Below, piece after piece: positions 26,583-38,205 of a stretch of 59,386 bases of DNA. The position numbers and the translations under genes are program-made. How positions within the stretch are numbered: the stretch's first letter is position 1; each line of letters begins with the position of its first letter. The notes beneath the pieces were generated by a model. That model was not told where the DNA came from. It ran no database searches and worked only from the letters and a program-made list of their open reading frames with translations. The DNA lies in assembly GCA_051530055.1 (NCBI GenBank), contig JBMGUZ010000011.1, positions 1-59,386 on the forward strand, written 5' to 3'. This stretch comes from Neoechinorhynchus agilis. Lineage: Eukaryota; Animalia; Acanthocephala.

Positions 26583-27102
26583 AGTTTTACTAGCAAGCCG
26601 GTTTGTTTTCAAATCATCATTAAATTTTTAGTCTATCTCTTTCTTGTCCGGCTTATTTTTTTTAGGCATAAAGCCAAACCAATTACATCAGAGAAGTGAT
26701 ATAACGACATAGTCTCTAATGCACGGTTAAAAGTTTGTACATTAATCCGGATCCTCAGATACCTACAGGAGGCGGGACTCATCAGTGAGTTTCCTCCCCT
26801 CAGCGATATTTCGTCCCCTTTGGCTGTGCGTCATTAATGGTAACGGATTCGAACCACTTGACCCCTAATCGGGATCACGGGCATTAGTCCACTTGACCAC
26901 CTCGACACAACTACGAAATGTCAAACTCAGCCAGTTTATCGACTCAGGGTGAGGCACTGTATTCTATTTTACGTTTTACTGGCAAGCCGGTATTGTTATC
27001 ATCATTCAATTTTAGTCAATCCCTTTCTTGTCCGACTTAGTTTTTTAGGCATAAAGCCAAACCAATTACATCAGAGAAGTGATATAACCACATAGTCTCT
27101 AA
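26583..27102. repeat. ~135-bp direct duplication (26583-26719 and ~26970-27102) flanking the element; partial inverted third copy at ~27265-27295
   Basis: Shared GCAAGCCGG..TTTCTTGTCCG..TAGGCATAAAGCCAAACCAATTACATCAGAGAAGTGATATAAC..CATAGTCTCTAAT. Confidence 0.85.
26732..26927 (-). mobile_element. Full-length ~196-bp tRNA-headed element with permuted hammerhead core (best-conserved core)
   Basis: Minus strand: A box TGGTCAAGTGG and B box GGTTCGAATCC, then GGGAC-GAAA-TATC..GGAAACTCA-CTGATGA-GTCCC..GGTATC-TGAGGATCC. The ends are inverted, AGTTTG(T)ACATT. Confidence 0.85.
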
Positions 27103-27210
27103 TTTTTTATGAAGATTGACCAGCCGGTAATTTTATATCGATGTGTGGCCCATTATGACAACAGCCGTGCTATAATAGGCCACACATCGAGTCTCTAATG
27201 CACGGTTAAA

Positions 27211-27254
27211 AGTTTGTATATTCCTCCGGATTCTCAGATATCTCCCGGGGAGGC
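27211..27254 (-). mobile_element. 3' fragment of the tRNA/hammerhead element
   Basis: Minus strand GCCTCCCCGGGAGATATCTGAGAATCCGGAGGAATATACAAACT. Confidence 0.8.
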
Positions 27255-27299
27255 AAGTCTAAAAAATCACTTCTCTGATGTAATTGGTTTGGCTCCATG

Positions 27300-27772
27300 C
27301 TTAAAAAGTAAGATGAAGTTGATAAAGGTGAGCAATTGGCGGTTGTGGTAGTCAAGGGAGTCCCAGTCTTCGCTGATTTTGAATCACCGCTGAGGACTTT
27401 GCGCCTGGGTTTCCTGGAAGACCTTTCTGGTAACCGTAGCAGCGTGGAGTCCTCGTCGAAATCCCACCAGCCGACATATCTTTGCAAGGTAGAGTTACTG
27501 AAGCGCTTTCGATAGCGGAAATGTGGGATTGGAATCCTGATACTCAACAGAATGGTCAACTCAAAGCTACGACGCAATTAAATTTAAGTAATCACAGTTT
27601 CAGTGAAGTTCACAAAACACGCACTTGAGAAATTGTAGTTCCCGGATGGACGTAGAAAGATTTGAGCTTCTTTTGTTCTTGATTCAAAAAGAAACTGTTG
27701 AGAAAAATTAATAAAGAAAATTGCCATCAAATTTGGCGAAGTCGAGCATTGAAAAAACAAAGCACTAGACAA
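27300..27772 (-). other. Possible exons of an unidentified gene
   Basis: Open protein-like frame RYVGWWDFDEDSTLLRLPERSSRKPRRK after an AG acceptor at ~27565. No family recognised. Confidence 0.3.
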
Positions 27773-28103
27773 AAAAACGTGGATTTCCTACGTTTAGAAC
27801 GCATACAAAATTTAATCATTGTTCGCATTACGATCAAATGCAAATTCACAATTTTCTAAAAAAAACCACGGAAGAAACCAATTCATTGGAGATGACGACA
27901 CTTGATGTTTGCTTTCGTAAGACGACAACAATCTCTATTTTTAGAATCGGGAAGGCTTCACGACTTACATTGGGCAAAATAAAATGATCTCGGTTTATTC
28001 TTCAAATTTGAAGTGTGACGTAACCAAAGCAAATCCGGTATTTCCTAAGCCATATAAAAACCATAGATTTTTTTCATGCTAAATTTTTAAATTAAATGTT
28101 TAG

Positions 28104-28520
28104 ATGCCACGAATGCGTTCAAACCCGCCATTGAAACGAGTAGCCGAACGTAGTCAGTCGTCGGCCAGGCAATTACAAACAACGATTTCTTATGTCGAAC
28201 AAAGCGAAAGTATGCAAATGGAACAAAATGTGCCACCGGTAGACGATACTCAGGAAGTCGTTAGACGTAAGCGAGGCCGACCGAGAAAAATTGACAAGTC
28301 CAACAATAAATCATCTGACGATAAAGAAGAATCTAATCTCGTTGTTGACGATTGGATGAAAACTGCAGTTTGCAAATATAGACCGTCAATTGAGCCTTTC
28401 AAAAAGAGACTTAATTGACGGATTAAAGATACCAAGAAAGAGTATTTCAAATGGAAGCAAAAGTCCAATAAGTTGAAAGACGAAATTGACCAGGAAGTGA
28501 AGAAACTAAAGATTAAATGA
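28104..28520 (+). CDS. Small AT-hook protein, with an in-frame TGA at 28416-28418 after which the frame stays open for 33 more codons
   Basis: TTTAG directly before ATG. RRKRGRPRK AT-hook. Downstream of the stop the frame reads RIKDTKKEYFKWKQKSNKLKDEIDQEVKKLKIK*. Confidence 0.5.
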
Positions 28521-28700
28521 AAGCTCTTCAAACAGGTTTCTTAAAAAGAAAACATTTTATCGAGACTGCTTTTGCTTTTAAAAAGTGTTTTTATCCCGAC
28601 TTTTTCAAATATATTACACAAATTTTATCAAATCTCCTTCATAGCTTTTTGTGAAGTCTTTCATTGATGCCGACTTCCTGTTGGCGAAATCGTTTGATAA

Positions 28701-31093
28701 TGAAAAGAAAAACAAAGTCTTTTCCCCGTCGAAGACAGTAATCCAAGAAATGAATCATGAATGGACCAAAATCCCGCGGAAGTGGCAAAACTAAGAAAAA
28801 GATAGTCTTTTCCCTGTCGAAGACAGTAATCCAAGAAATGAATCATCAGTGAATTTTAATCCGAGGTGGCAAAACTAAGAAAAGAAAGTCTTTTCCCCGT
28901 CGAAGACAGTAATCCGACAAATAAATCATGAATGGACCAAAATCCCGCGGAAGTGGCAAAACTAAGAAAAAGAAAGTCTTTTCCCCGTCGAAGACAGTAA
29001 TCCGAGAAATGAATCATCACTGAATCTTAATCCGAGGTAGCAAAACCAAGAAAAGGAAAGTCTTTTCCCCGTTGAAGACAGTAATCCAAGAAATGAATCA
29101 TCTGTCAATCTAAATCCGAGGTGGAAAAACTAAGGAAAAGAAAGTCTTTTCCTCGCTGAAGATAGTAATCCAAGAAATGAATCATCAGTGAATTTAATCC
29201 GAGGTGGCAAAACTAAGAAGAAAAATGTATTTACCCTTTCGAAGACAGTAATCCGAGAAATGAATCATCAGTGAATTTTAATCCGAGGTGGCAAAACTAA
29301 GAAAAGAAAGTCTTTTCCCCGTCGAAGACAGTAATCCAAGAAATGAATCATCAGTGAATTTAAATCCGAGGTGGCAAAACTAAGAAAAAGAAAGTCTTTT
29401 CCCCGTCGAAGACAGTAATCCAAGAAATGAATCATCAGTGAATTTAAATCCGAGGTGGCAAAACTAAGAAAAAGATAGTCTTTTCCCTGTCGAAGACAGT
29501 AATCCAAGAAATGAATCATCAGTGAATTTTAATCCGAGGTGGCAAAACTAAGAAAAAGAAAGTCTTTTCCCCGTCGAAGACAGTAATCCAAGAAATGAAT
29601 CATCAGTGAATTTTAATCCGAGGTGGCAAAACTAAGAAAAAGAAAGTCTTTTCCCCGTCGAAGACAGTAATCCGAGAAATGAATCATCAGTGAATTTAAA
29701 TCCGAGGTGGCAAAACTAAGAAAAAGATAGTCTTTTCCCTGTCGAAGACAGTAATCCAAGAAATGAATCATCAGTGAATTTAAATCCGAGGTGGCAAAAC
29801 TAAGAAAAAGAAAGTCTTTTCCCCGTCGAAGACAGTAATCCAAGAAATGAATCATCAGTGAATTTAAATCCGAGGTGGCAAAACTAAGAAAAAGAAAGTC
29901 TTTTCCCCGTCGAAGACAGTAATCCGAGAAATGAATCATCACTGAATCTTAATCCGAGGTGGCAAAACCAAGAAAAGGAAAGTCTTTTCCCGTTGAAGAC
30001 AGTAATCCAAGAAATGAATCATCTGTCAATCTAAATCCGAGGTGGAAAACTAAGGAAAAGAAAGTCTTTTCCCTCGCTGAAGATAGTAATCCAAGAAATG
30101 AATCATCAGTGAATTTAAATCCGAGGTGGCAAAACTAAGAAGAAAAATGTATTTACCCTTTCGAAGACAGTAATCCGAGAAATGAATCATCAGTGAATTT
30201 TAATCCGAGGTGGCAAAACTAAGAAAAAGAAAGTCTTTTCCCCGTCGAAGACAGTAATCCGAGAAATGAATCATCAGTGAATTTAAATCCGAGGTGGCAA
30301 AACTAAGAAGAAAAAAGTCTTTTCCCTGTCGAAGACAGTAATCCAAGAAATGAATCATCAGTGAATTTAAATCCGAGGTGGCAAAACTAAGAAAAAGAAA
30401 GTCTTTTCCCCGTCGAAGACAGTAATCCGAGAAATGAATCATCAGTGAATCTTAATCCGAGGTGGCAAAACTAAGAAAAAGAAAGTCTTTTCCCCGTCGA
30501 AGACAGTAATCCAAGAAATGAATCATCAGTGAATTTAAATCCGAGGTGGCAAAACTAAGAAAAAGAAAGTCTTTTCCCCGTCGAAGACAGTAATCCAAGA
30601 AATGAATCATCAGTGAATTTAAATCCGAGGTGGCAAAACTAAGAAGAAGAAAGTCTTTTCCCCGTCGAAGACAGTAATCCAAGAAATGAATCATCAGTGA
30701 ATCTTAATCCGAGGTGGCAAAACCAAGAAAAAGAAAGTATTTTCCCTGTCGAAGACAGTAATCCGAGAAATGAATCATTAGTGAATTTAAATCCGAGGTG
30801 GAAAAACTAAGGAAAAGAAAGTATTTTCCCTGTAGAAGACATTGATCCAAGAAATAAATCATGAATGGACCAAAATCCCGCGGAAGTGGCAAAACTAAGA
30901 AAAAGATAGTCTTTTCCCCGTCGAAGACAGTAATCCAAGAAATGAATCATCAGCGAATTGAAATCCGAGGCGGCAAAACTAAGAAAAAGAAAGTATTTAC
31001 CCTTTCGAAGACAGTGATCCGAGAAATAGATCATGAATGAATCAAAATCCCGCGGAAGTAGCAAAAATAAGAAAAAGAAAGTCTTTTCCCCGT
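28701..31093. repeat. 84-bp tandem array, ~28 units, with diverged edge units and an internal higher-order duplication
   Basis: Unit AATCCGAGGTGGCAAAACTAAGAAAAAGAAAGTCTTTTCCCCGTCGAAGACAGTAATCCAAGAAATGAATCATCAGTGAATTTA. Confidence 0.97.
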
Positions 31094-31251
31094 CATCATC
31101 TACCTCTGAAGATTAACGAGTTTGATTTCCAGGGGTTTTTGTTTTTTTAAATTTGCAAAAGTGAATCATCGCACCGTTCGATGGTATTTCCTCGAAAGAA
31201 TCACTGTTCGGAAGTCCTGGAGGTTTTGTGACGTATTCCAATGTGGACAAG

Positions 31252-34200
31252 ATGATCGATTCGTCTGTCGAGTACGAATCGCTAATCCGTCGACTATGCG
31301 AGAATCTCACATCGGATTACCGCCGGCATTTTCCGTCGGTTTACAAAAGGATTTTGTCGACCACAACACCCACGACCTCATCTTATGATTTCCATGTCCT
31401 CCGTCGAGTTGATCAATCGTGTAAGTTTGAGCTTTGAGATCTATATATAGTTTCGTCGTTAAAAAAAGGGACCGGATCAACGGAATCAAAAGATCAGTTT
31501 TTTCGAGTCATTCGAGAACTCGAGGCTGCGACTCCGGTCAACAGTAGACTGTGTGTCGATTCGATTGTTGATTTTCTCATCTCCTTTGTGGACAATGGCG
31601 ATCACGGACATAAAACACCGGTCGGTATGAACCATTGAAAACCAATAATTTTAAGACGATTTTCCGTTCAAAATTCAGAACGAATCCAGGATTAGACGAA
31701 AAGATAGTAGACACAATCAACATAAACACGGATCAGCCGTTCGCTCGTCACCCAAAATCAAACATAATCTTTCAATGGAAACTCCACCACCCACAGTACC
31801 AGTCAAACTAACAACCAATCATAGGCAAATAATCAAAGAAATGCTTTAATTCCAATCAGAAATTCTTGACTTTTTTAAAGCTAAAATCTATTTGAATTCA
31901 ATTGCATTTTATTTTTGAATTCGCAAATATCAACTTTTGTCTGAGTTTCATCCGATTTCGAATCCTAAAGACTATCCTTTTCAGCCCAAAATGAATCTGA
32001 ATACTCCACTTCAGTGAAGAACGCGAAACCCTAAGTTTTGGAAGATAATTTTCTGTGGAGCCGCGGTTTTCCTCACGCTTTCTCAGCATTCCCTCGTTGT
32101 AATGCGAGAGAGATGTTTTGTTTAAGGAATTTTTACGATAAAAAACTGTTTAGACGTGGGTACTTCGATCTCTCGGTCTAATAATCGACGGTTGCGGTTT
32201 AATGTACCTTCCTCGTACTTTAAGTATAAAATATTTCAGAAGCTCGACTTTTAACAAGTTCCATAATCATTTTAAGAAGTTTCAAGTCTCTTAGGACACT
32301 TGCTATATCTGAAAGAGGGCTCCGAACGTTTCGATCCCCAAAAGGCCGTTTCGATCCCCAAAAGGCACTCAGCTCAACGTATTTTGCCGCTCTCCGACGC
32401 TCTGCTGCGGTCGCTACAGGACCGGGGCCTTTACTGGCTAAATCAGCGAAGGATTTGGCCATGGTGTTGGTGCAGATTGCGTCCAATAAGAGGCAATTCC
32501 TTCGGCTCCAAGCGATTTTAAGGTGTGAAGATTGAACTGCTCATATTGGTTTTTTCGGCACAATCTTGTACGCCTTTTGATCAAGGTTGTTAGAGAAGCC
32601 TTGTGATAAAAGGCGTACAAGATTGTGCCTCATTTTATTTTTCCTCCTCGCCAGAAAACAACCAATCATCGTTTAAAAGTCTTCATCCAGTAAATAATTT
32701 TTTCGATTAAAGAATTTTTCGTACCCCGTCGACTTTAACATTAGTTTGCTTGTAGGTTCTCAGAAAGTTTTTAATCGAAAAGGTCTTTTACCGGGTGAAT
32801 ACTTTTATACTCGACATTTTCAGACTATTTTGTTTTACATGAGATCATTGCTTACCATTTGAAAGACAGAATTTTGCTTTCGTTCTTCTACGAGACTTAT
32901 GAAACGCAGACAATTTAATCGTAAGTCAAATTATGCACAAATCCCCTTTTTAAATCTTGTAACTCTTCAATGGAGTTTTTTATTATGGATCTTCGACGAT
33001 GTATTTTGTAGCATCTCGAATTCCCTCATTTGCTCTTTCTAGCTCGAGAATGTCTGACTGATTATGCAATGCAAGGAATAGACGGTCGGTATTTTCGTCG
33101 AAACCACTCAACAAAGGAAGTAGACCTACTCATTCCGGATACCTTAGACCGTTCCATACGAACTCAAATCCTTCGTTTTATTCAATGTGGATACCTTCAC
33201 AGTCTTCTGATTGAAAGCGTCAATGGCATTGATCGATCGAGTTTGATGTGGCAGGCATTCTCTTTATACATCCGAGAAGAGCTCAACGTTTACCATGCTC
33301 ATTTGGGTACAATAGAGAAGTTCTTACCAAAAGAGGGAAATGGACTTTTCATAACCCAACTCCACATGTGCCTTCTAGAACCGCTCAATCGACTAAAGGC
33401 ACTGGCAGCGTTGTGTGATGTAGTCGAGAAATCTAAAACTGAAGAGTCTCTTTTAACCACTCTGTATCGATTTGCACAATTTGGATCACGACTTTTCGAA
33501 GATATCGGAAATTCTGCACTCCGAATATGCTGTCTGCCAATGTATAGAAGTATTTATGAATGGATGATTCGTGGATCGTTAAGGGAATCCTTCCATGACT
33601 TTTTTATTGAGCAAGAAAATAGCAACTATGACGAACACGGCCTTGGAGATGATGAGGAGTTTGAATGGAATAAGAAATTTACAGTATGCGAACAACTGAT
33701 TCCTTGTTTCATAAGTGAAGATCAAATCAATAAGGTTAATTTTTTTATTACTCAGTTCATATTCACAAGAACGGACAAATTTAGATATTTGTGGCGGGGA
33801 AGTCTGTATATTTTTTAAGAAATGTTTGTAAGGCATGGTCTGCTTCGAGTCTAATAAGCCAAATAAATCCGGAAATCACCCAAGAGGATGGTAAGACTAC
33901 ATATTGCTTGAATTCGTCCTTTTTTTCTCGTTGGTGAATAGTTCATTCAATATATGATCAATCAGATTTAAAATTTAGCAAATTTATCGAGACTAGCTAT
34001 ACGAATGCAGCTTCCAATCTGCTAAGAGTTCTTTCAACCGACTATAAAATGAGGAAGCATTTTAGGAACATAAAGGATTATATCCTTCTTGGACAAGGTG
34101 ACTTTATCAGACTTTTGATGGATTTAGTAAGGTTTGTATCTTTTTTTTCTTTTGATTTGCGACAATGAGAGAGAGAAAAAACGATTCGATATTTTTAGAA

Positions 34201-35535
34201 GCCGAAGCTTCTACAAATGAAAAAGGAGAGAATATTATTCTTTAACGTTTGAGCTTTCTATTCCCCGTATCCTTTTTTTAAATAGTCTGTTAACTTAAAG
34301 TCCGAATTTCATTTTTAGACTAATATGCTCTTAAATTTTTTTGTTGAAACGTAACAGCCGCGAATTCTTTTTTTTTAAATCACATCGTTTCATTTAGAGT
34401 TGAACTCAACCAATCAGCAGTAAAAGTCCGTATTCACACTCTTCGAGCAGCTCTACAATCCGCATTCCGATTCACTACTACAGAATATGGTGATGACGAA
34501 CATGATTGCTCAAATATGGTGGATATACGGTTGTTTGGGGTCCGTTGCACTTTAAATCATTCAAAAGTAGAGTATATACGATTTATTTTTGTTATAGGCG
34601 AATCATGGCGAATTAGGATGGGACATTTTTAGTCTCGACTATAACATCACTGGCCCTCTGCTTACTGTACCTATTTGAATATTTGTATACAAAAAATAAT
34701 AGTTGTTTGTCATAGGTATTTCCAGAATCAACTCGGCTCAAGTACCTCAGGATATTTAACTTCATGTGGCGGTTAAGACGTGTGGAGTTTACACTCGGTT
34801 TTCTCTGGAAAGACTTGATGAGTCTTAATAGAAAATTCAAAGTTCGAGATGGTTTGTGTTTCCAATGGACAATTTTCTTACTCAATTTCTCTCTCTCTCG
34901 ATGCAATAGAGTCTGTCGCAAAGATATTTCAACTCGTCAATCTCACATGCTCACTGGTTCTTCATTTCATTTCTCAAATGAATGGATATATGTTTCAGGT
35001 TTGTTCAATGTTCTTTACACGTATTTTATAGATGTTTTTTAATGTACCTTTTTCTTAGGTTCTTGAAAGTTCATGGCACGATTTTTTCTTCACTCAATTG
35101 CCCCATGCTCAAGATTTATCAGAAGTTATTGCATCCAATAACGAGTTCATTCAACAAGCCTTCAGCAAATTGGCTCTGAGATCGGATGATCTCACAACTG
35201 GAGACGACGTGAGTATTTAAGCGTTGATTTATCTAGTTTTTTATTCATAGGAATTGAACAAGTACATATTAGAAGCATTGAGCACTTGTCTCGACTTTGA
35301 GGGAACAGTCCGCAAACTTATCAAAATAACTTCCTCTGAAACTAGTGAAAATCGCAATATTTTGGCTGCCTTAAGAATCCTAAGTGATGAAATTAATTCC
35401 CATGTGTCGGATATGAAAGAGAATATCGATAGCCTCATTCGATTGGCGCGACGACCGTGCTGCGATATCGGTCTCAAATTTCTGATATTTAGACTCAATT
35501 TTAACGATTTCTATCGACGGTCTTATGATATGTAA
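31252..35535 (+). CDS. TUBGCP3: Gamma-tubulin complex component 3, multi-exon
   Basis: N-terminal LIRRLCENL..SIVDFLISF, then YAMQGIDG, EWMIRGSLRESFHDFFI, W..KFTV..QLIPCFI, YLLLGQGDF, FEVRDGLCF.., VLESSW..AQDL and the terminal RLNFNDFY. Confidence 0.87.
32050..32520 (-). mobile_element. Decayed CRE-like 3' fragment (REL endonuclease region) in a TUBGCP3 intron
   Basis: DAICTNTMAKS..VATAAERRRAAKY..F.PFG(IET)FG and QNISLALQRGNAE. Contains a 20-bp tandem duplication at ~32328-32367. Confidence 0.8.
32557..32629. repeat. 73-bp hairpin with a perfect 22-bp inverted repeat
   Basis: GGCACAATCTTGTACGCCTTTT..AAAAGGCGTACAAGATTGTGCC. Confidence 0.9.
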
Positions 35536-35924
35536 TATTGATGATAGCAGCAGTAGCACAATGTACGTGCTTCGTTTAGCAGATTGTGTTCACTTTGAAG
35601 TTCTGTTGAGCACTTGTCTCATAAATAACTGCCTTCTTGTGTGTGTGTTTCGATTTGATTCATATTTTAATTCCATTTTTAACCCAACTAGTTCAAAGTT
35701 TATTTTCTCGACCAAAACGGTCCCATTCGAACGTTAAATCACAGCTTCAACCATTGAAGATCGATTGAATAAACAGCGATCAAAAAACGGCGATTACCCG
35801 TCAAATCATTATCCGTATGCATATGGAAATTAAAAGAAATAACTTAATGTTTATTAAAAACTACTTTATTGATTATTGCATTCATCGAATGCAAAATTTT
35901 CTTGTTTTTTTAATTAGTTTCTTG

Positions 35925-36345
35925 AAGCACATCTTCGAAAACAACATTTCTTGTAAATGTTCGCTGATTATTTAGAACTTTTCCTTAGTAATGAGTATTT
36001 CTTATTTTTTGATATTGTTTGGATTTCTAGAACGTGAAAGTGCAACGTAAAGTGTTCCATGAGAAAAGGCTGTCGTTTGTAAATCAATTCCTACATTTTC
36101 AAACGTTTGCCCTTCTGATTAATGGTAATTGCAAATGCAGGAGTCGTTTTAAAGTAAATGGTAAATTTGTGTCAATTGGTTGAAAAGTAATGCGAGGTAT
36201 CAAAATTTCTCCTTTGTTCCTTTCCAAAATAATTTCGGTTTTTTTGTGTGCACCATAAGATCTTTTGCAATGAACCAAGTACCATAAGCAATGTGGCGGT
36301 ATTGCTGAAGGCGTAAGGCTGTTTAAATGTTCAACCGTATAATTA
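35925..36345 (-). mobile_element. Helitron (PIF1-type) helicase C-terminal remnant, frameshifted
   Basis: EHLNSLTPSAIPPH, LIPRITFQPIDTNLPFTLKR, AFAITINQ.GQTFENVGIDL..FSHGTLYVALSR and TRNVVFEDVL. Confidence 0.85.
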
Positions 36346-36624
36346 AGCGTATCATTTATATCTTATGAAATAAATGAATCAGCACTCAAGTAAGATTTTG
36401 ATAAAGTTTGTTAGTTGGCGCTACTATAACTGTTTGAAGATTGAACTGTTCATATTGGTTGTTTTATGTGACGAAGAAAAATTAAAATGATTTTTGCCGA
36501 AATATCAGATTTTTATTTGTTCGCCAAAAACAGCTACTATAACTCTTTTGGAAAGTTCTTGAACACTTAAATTGTGAACACTTACAGGGAAAATTTCATC
36601 TATTAACACATTATTGCTGATCAT

Positions 36625-38205
36625 TTGAGTGGAGCTATTGTCCACGCGCTCCGAAACTTTACCAAGAGGAGTTCGGAGCCGTGCAGAAGCCTTCCAGTAT
36701 TTTCTCAATGCCTACGGGACCGCGACTCCTCTGCTTTTCTAAGACTACCTCATTTGGTCCGAAAGAGTAGTGCAGCAAGGAGATCCCCTCGGTCCAATCG
36801 CATTCTCCCTAACAGTAAATCCAATGGCGCACTCTTTCTCCATTTCAGCTTCAACGCTTGGTACTTGGATGATGCTACGCTCGGAGGTGATCCGTCCGTT
36901 GTACTGCGCGATTTGGAGACGCTGATTACTGAGACCTCGAGAATGGGCATTGAGCTCAATGTTGGAAAATGTGAGGTCCTAGTATTAAATATCGAAGACG
37001 CCTCTATTGGTAGTTGCGTCTTTTATTCAAATGTGGAAGCTGAGATCGGCCGTATCATACCGAAACTATCGTTGCTGTGCGATATAGTGAGTGCTCTCTC
37101 GGCTCATGAGGCGTTATTTTTGATAGAGAACGCATTCTTTATCCCCAAATTGTTATATAAGGTTCGCACAGCAACATTCTTCATACATAAATAAGGATTG
37201 GCTAAGCTCGACGACAAGGTGAGGGCTTGTCTCGGGCGTATTTTAAATTTCCAGCTCTCAGATGAGGCGTGGCGGCAAGCTTCATTGCCTGTGTCATCTG
37301 GGGGATTGGGCATTCGGGCGCTAGTGGACCTTGCTTTGCCGGCCTTTCTGGGATCGTTTGAGGCGAGCCTACCAGTATCGAAGAAAATTTTGAAGGAAAA
37401 GTTCTGTCTTGGCCGGGATTTCGCGGTGGCGGTTGAGGAATGGTGCCTCGCGTGAATGGCCTCAGACAATCGATCTGGGACAGACCTCTCGTCGCGAGAG
37501 CTCACAGCTCTCTACTTTCAGGTTTTCGCGATGGGGTCGTCCGAGCTAGACTGTTGGCAGTTTCAACACGAGAATCTGGGGCGTGGTTGGAGGCTGTTCC
37601 TCTGGCATCAGTGGGAACTCTTCTTACTGATGAGGTAACGAGTATCGCAGTGTCCTTAAGACTTGGTCTCCCGATATGCACGCCCCATCGCTGTCGATGT
37701 GGGTCTTTAGTTGATGCTTTCGAGCGACACGGTCTCGTCTGCAGAAGGTCAAGAGGAAGGTTCTCACGCCATTCTAAGATCAACAACGTAATTTCTCGGG
37801 CGTTGAGAACGGCGAACTTCCCCAACATCTTGGAGCCCGCAAATCTTTGTCGACTAGACGGTCGTCAATGTGAAGGAATTTCGGTATTTTTACGGCCGCT
37901 GTAAGCAACATTCCCCTACTCTCTCGAAATCCCTGGAGATGCAGCCAGTGCAACGGAAGGGACGAAGGTACGAAAATATAGGGATTTAGCAAGGGCGCAC
38001 TATTTTGTCCCCTTTGGAGTAGAGACGTATGGAGCGCTTAGTAGCTCGGAACTCACTCTGCTCCAGGATCTCTCGAAGAAATTGAGAGAAACGACCGGCG
38101 ACGCACGAGCAGGTGTATTCCTGCGACAAAATATCTCGTTCGCATTACAACGAGGCAATGTTGGTAGCGTGATAGCGACAGCCGAGGAAGGAGAGAAGCT
38201 CTAAT
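36625..38205 (+). mobile_element. 5'-truncated CRE-like non-LTR retrotransposon (RT C-terminal half, CCHC finger, REL endonuclease), frameshifted
   Basis: AIVHALR, QQGDPLGP, FNAWYLDDATLGG, LPVSSGGLGIR, CRCG..HGLVC..RH..IN and FVPFGVETYG..TGDAR..FLRQNISFALQRGN, followed by an A-rich tail. Confidence 0.88.

Noticed and set aside
29268-31064. Minus-strand repeat protein MIHFLDYCLRRGKDFLFLSFATSDLNSL
   Set aside because: The frame is broken repeatedly by indels and stops in variant units, and there are no credible gene boundaries.
32525-32552. Shared motif TGAAGATTGAACTG.TCATATTGGTT (also at ~36435) as a CRE target site
   Set aside because: It has opposite orientation and a different distance relative to the two CRE copies. 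It is probably just another small repeat.
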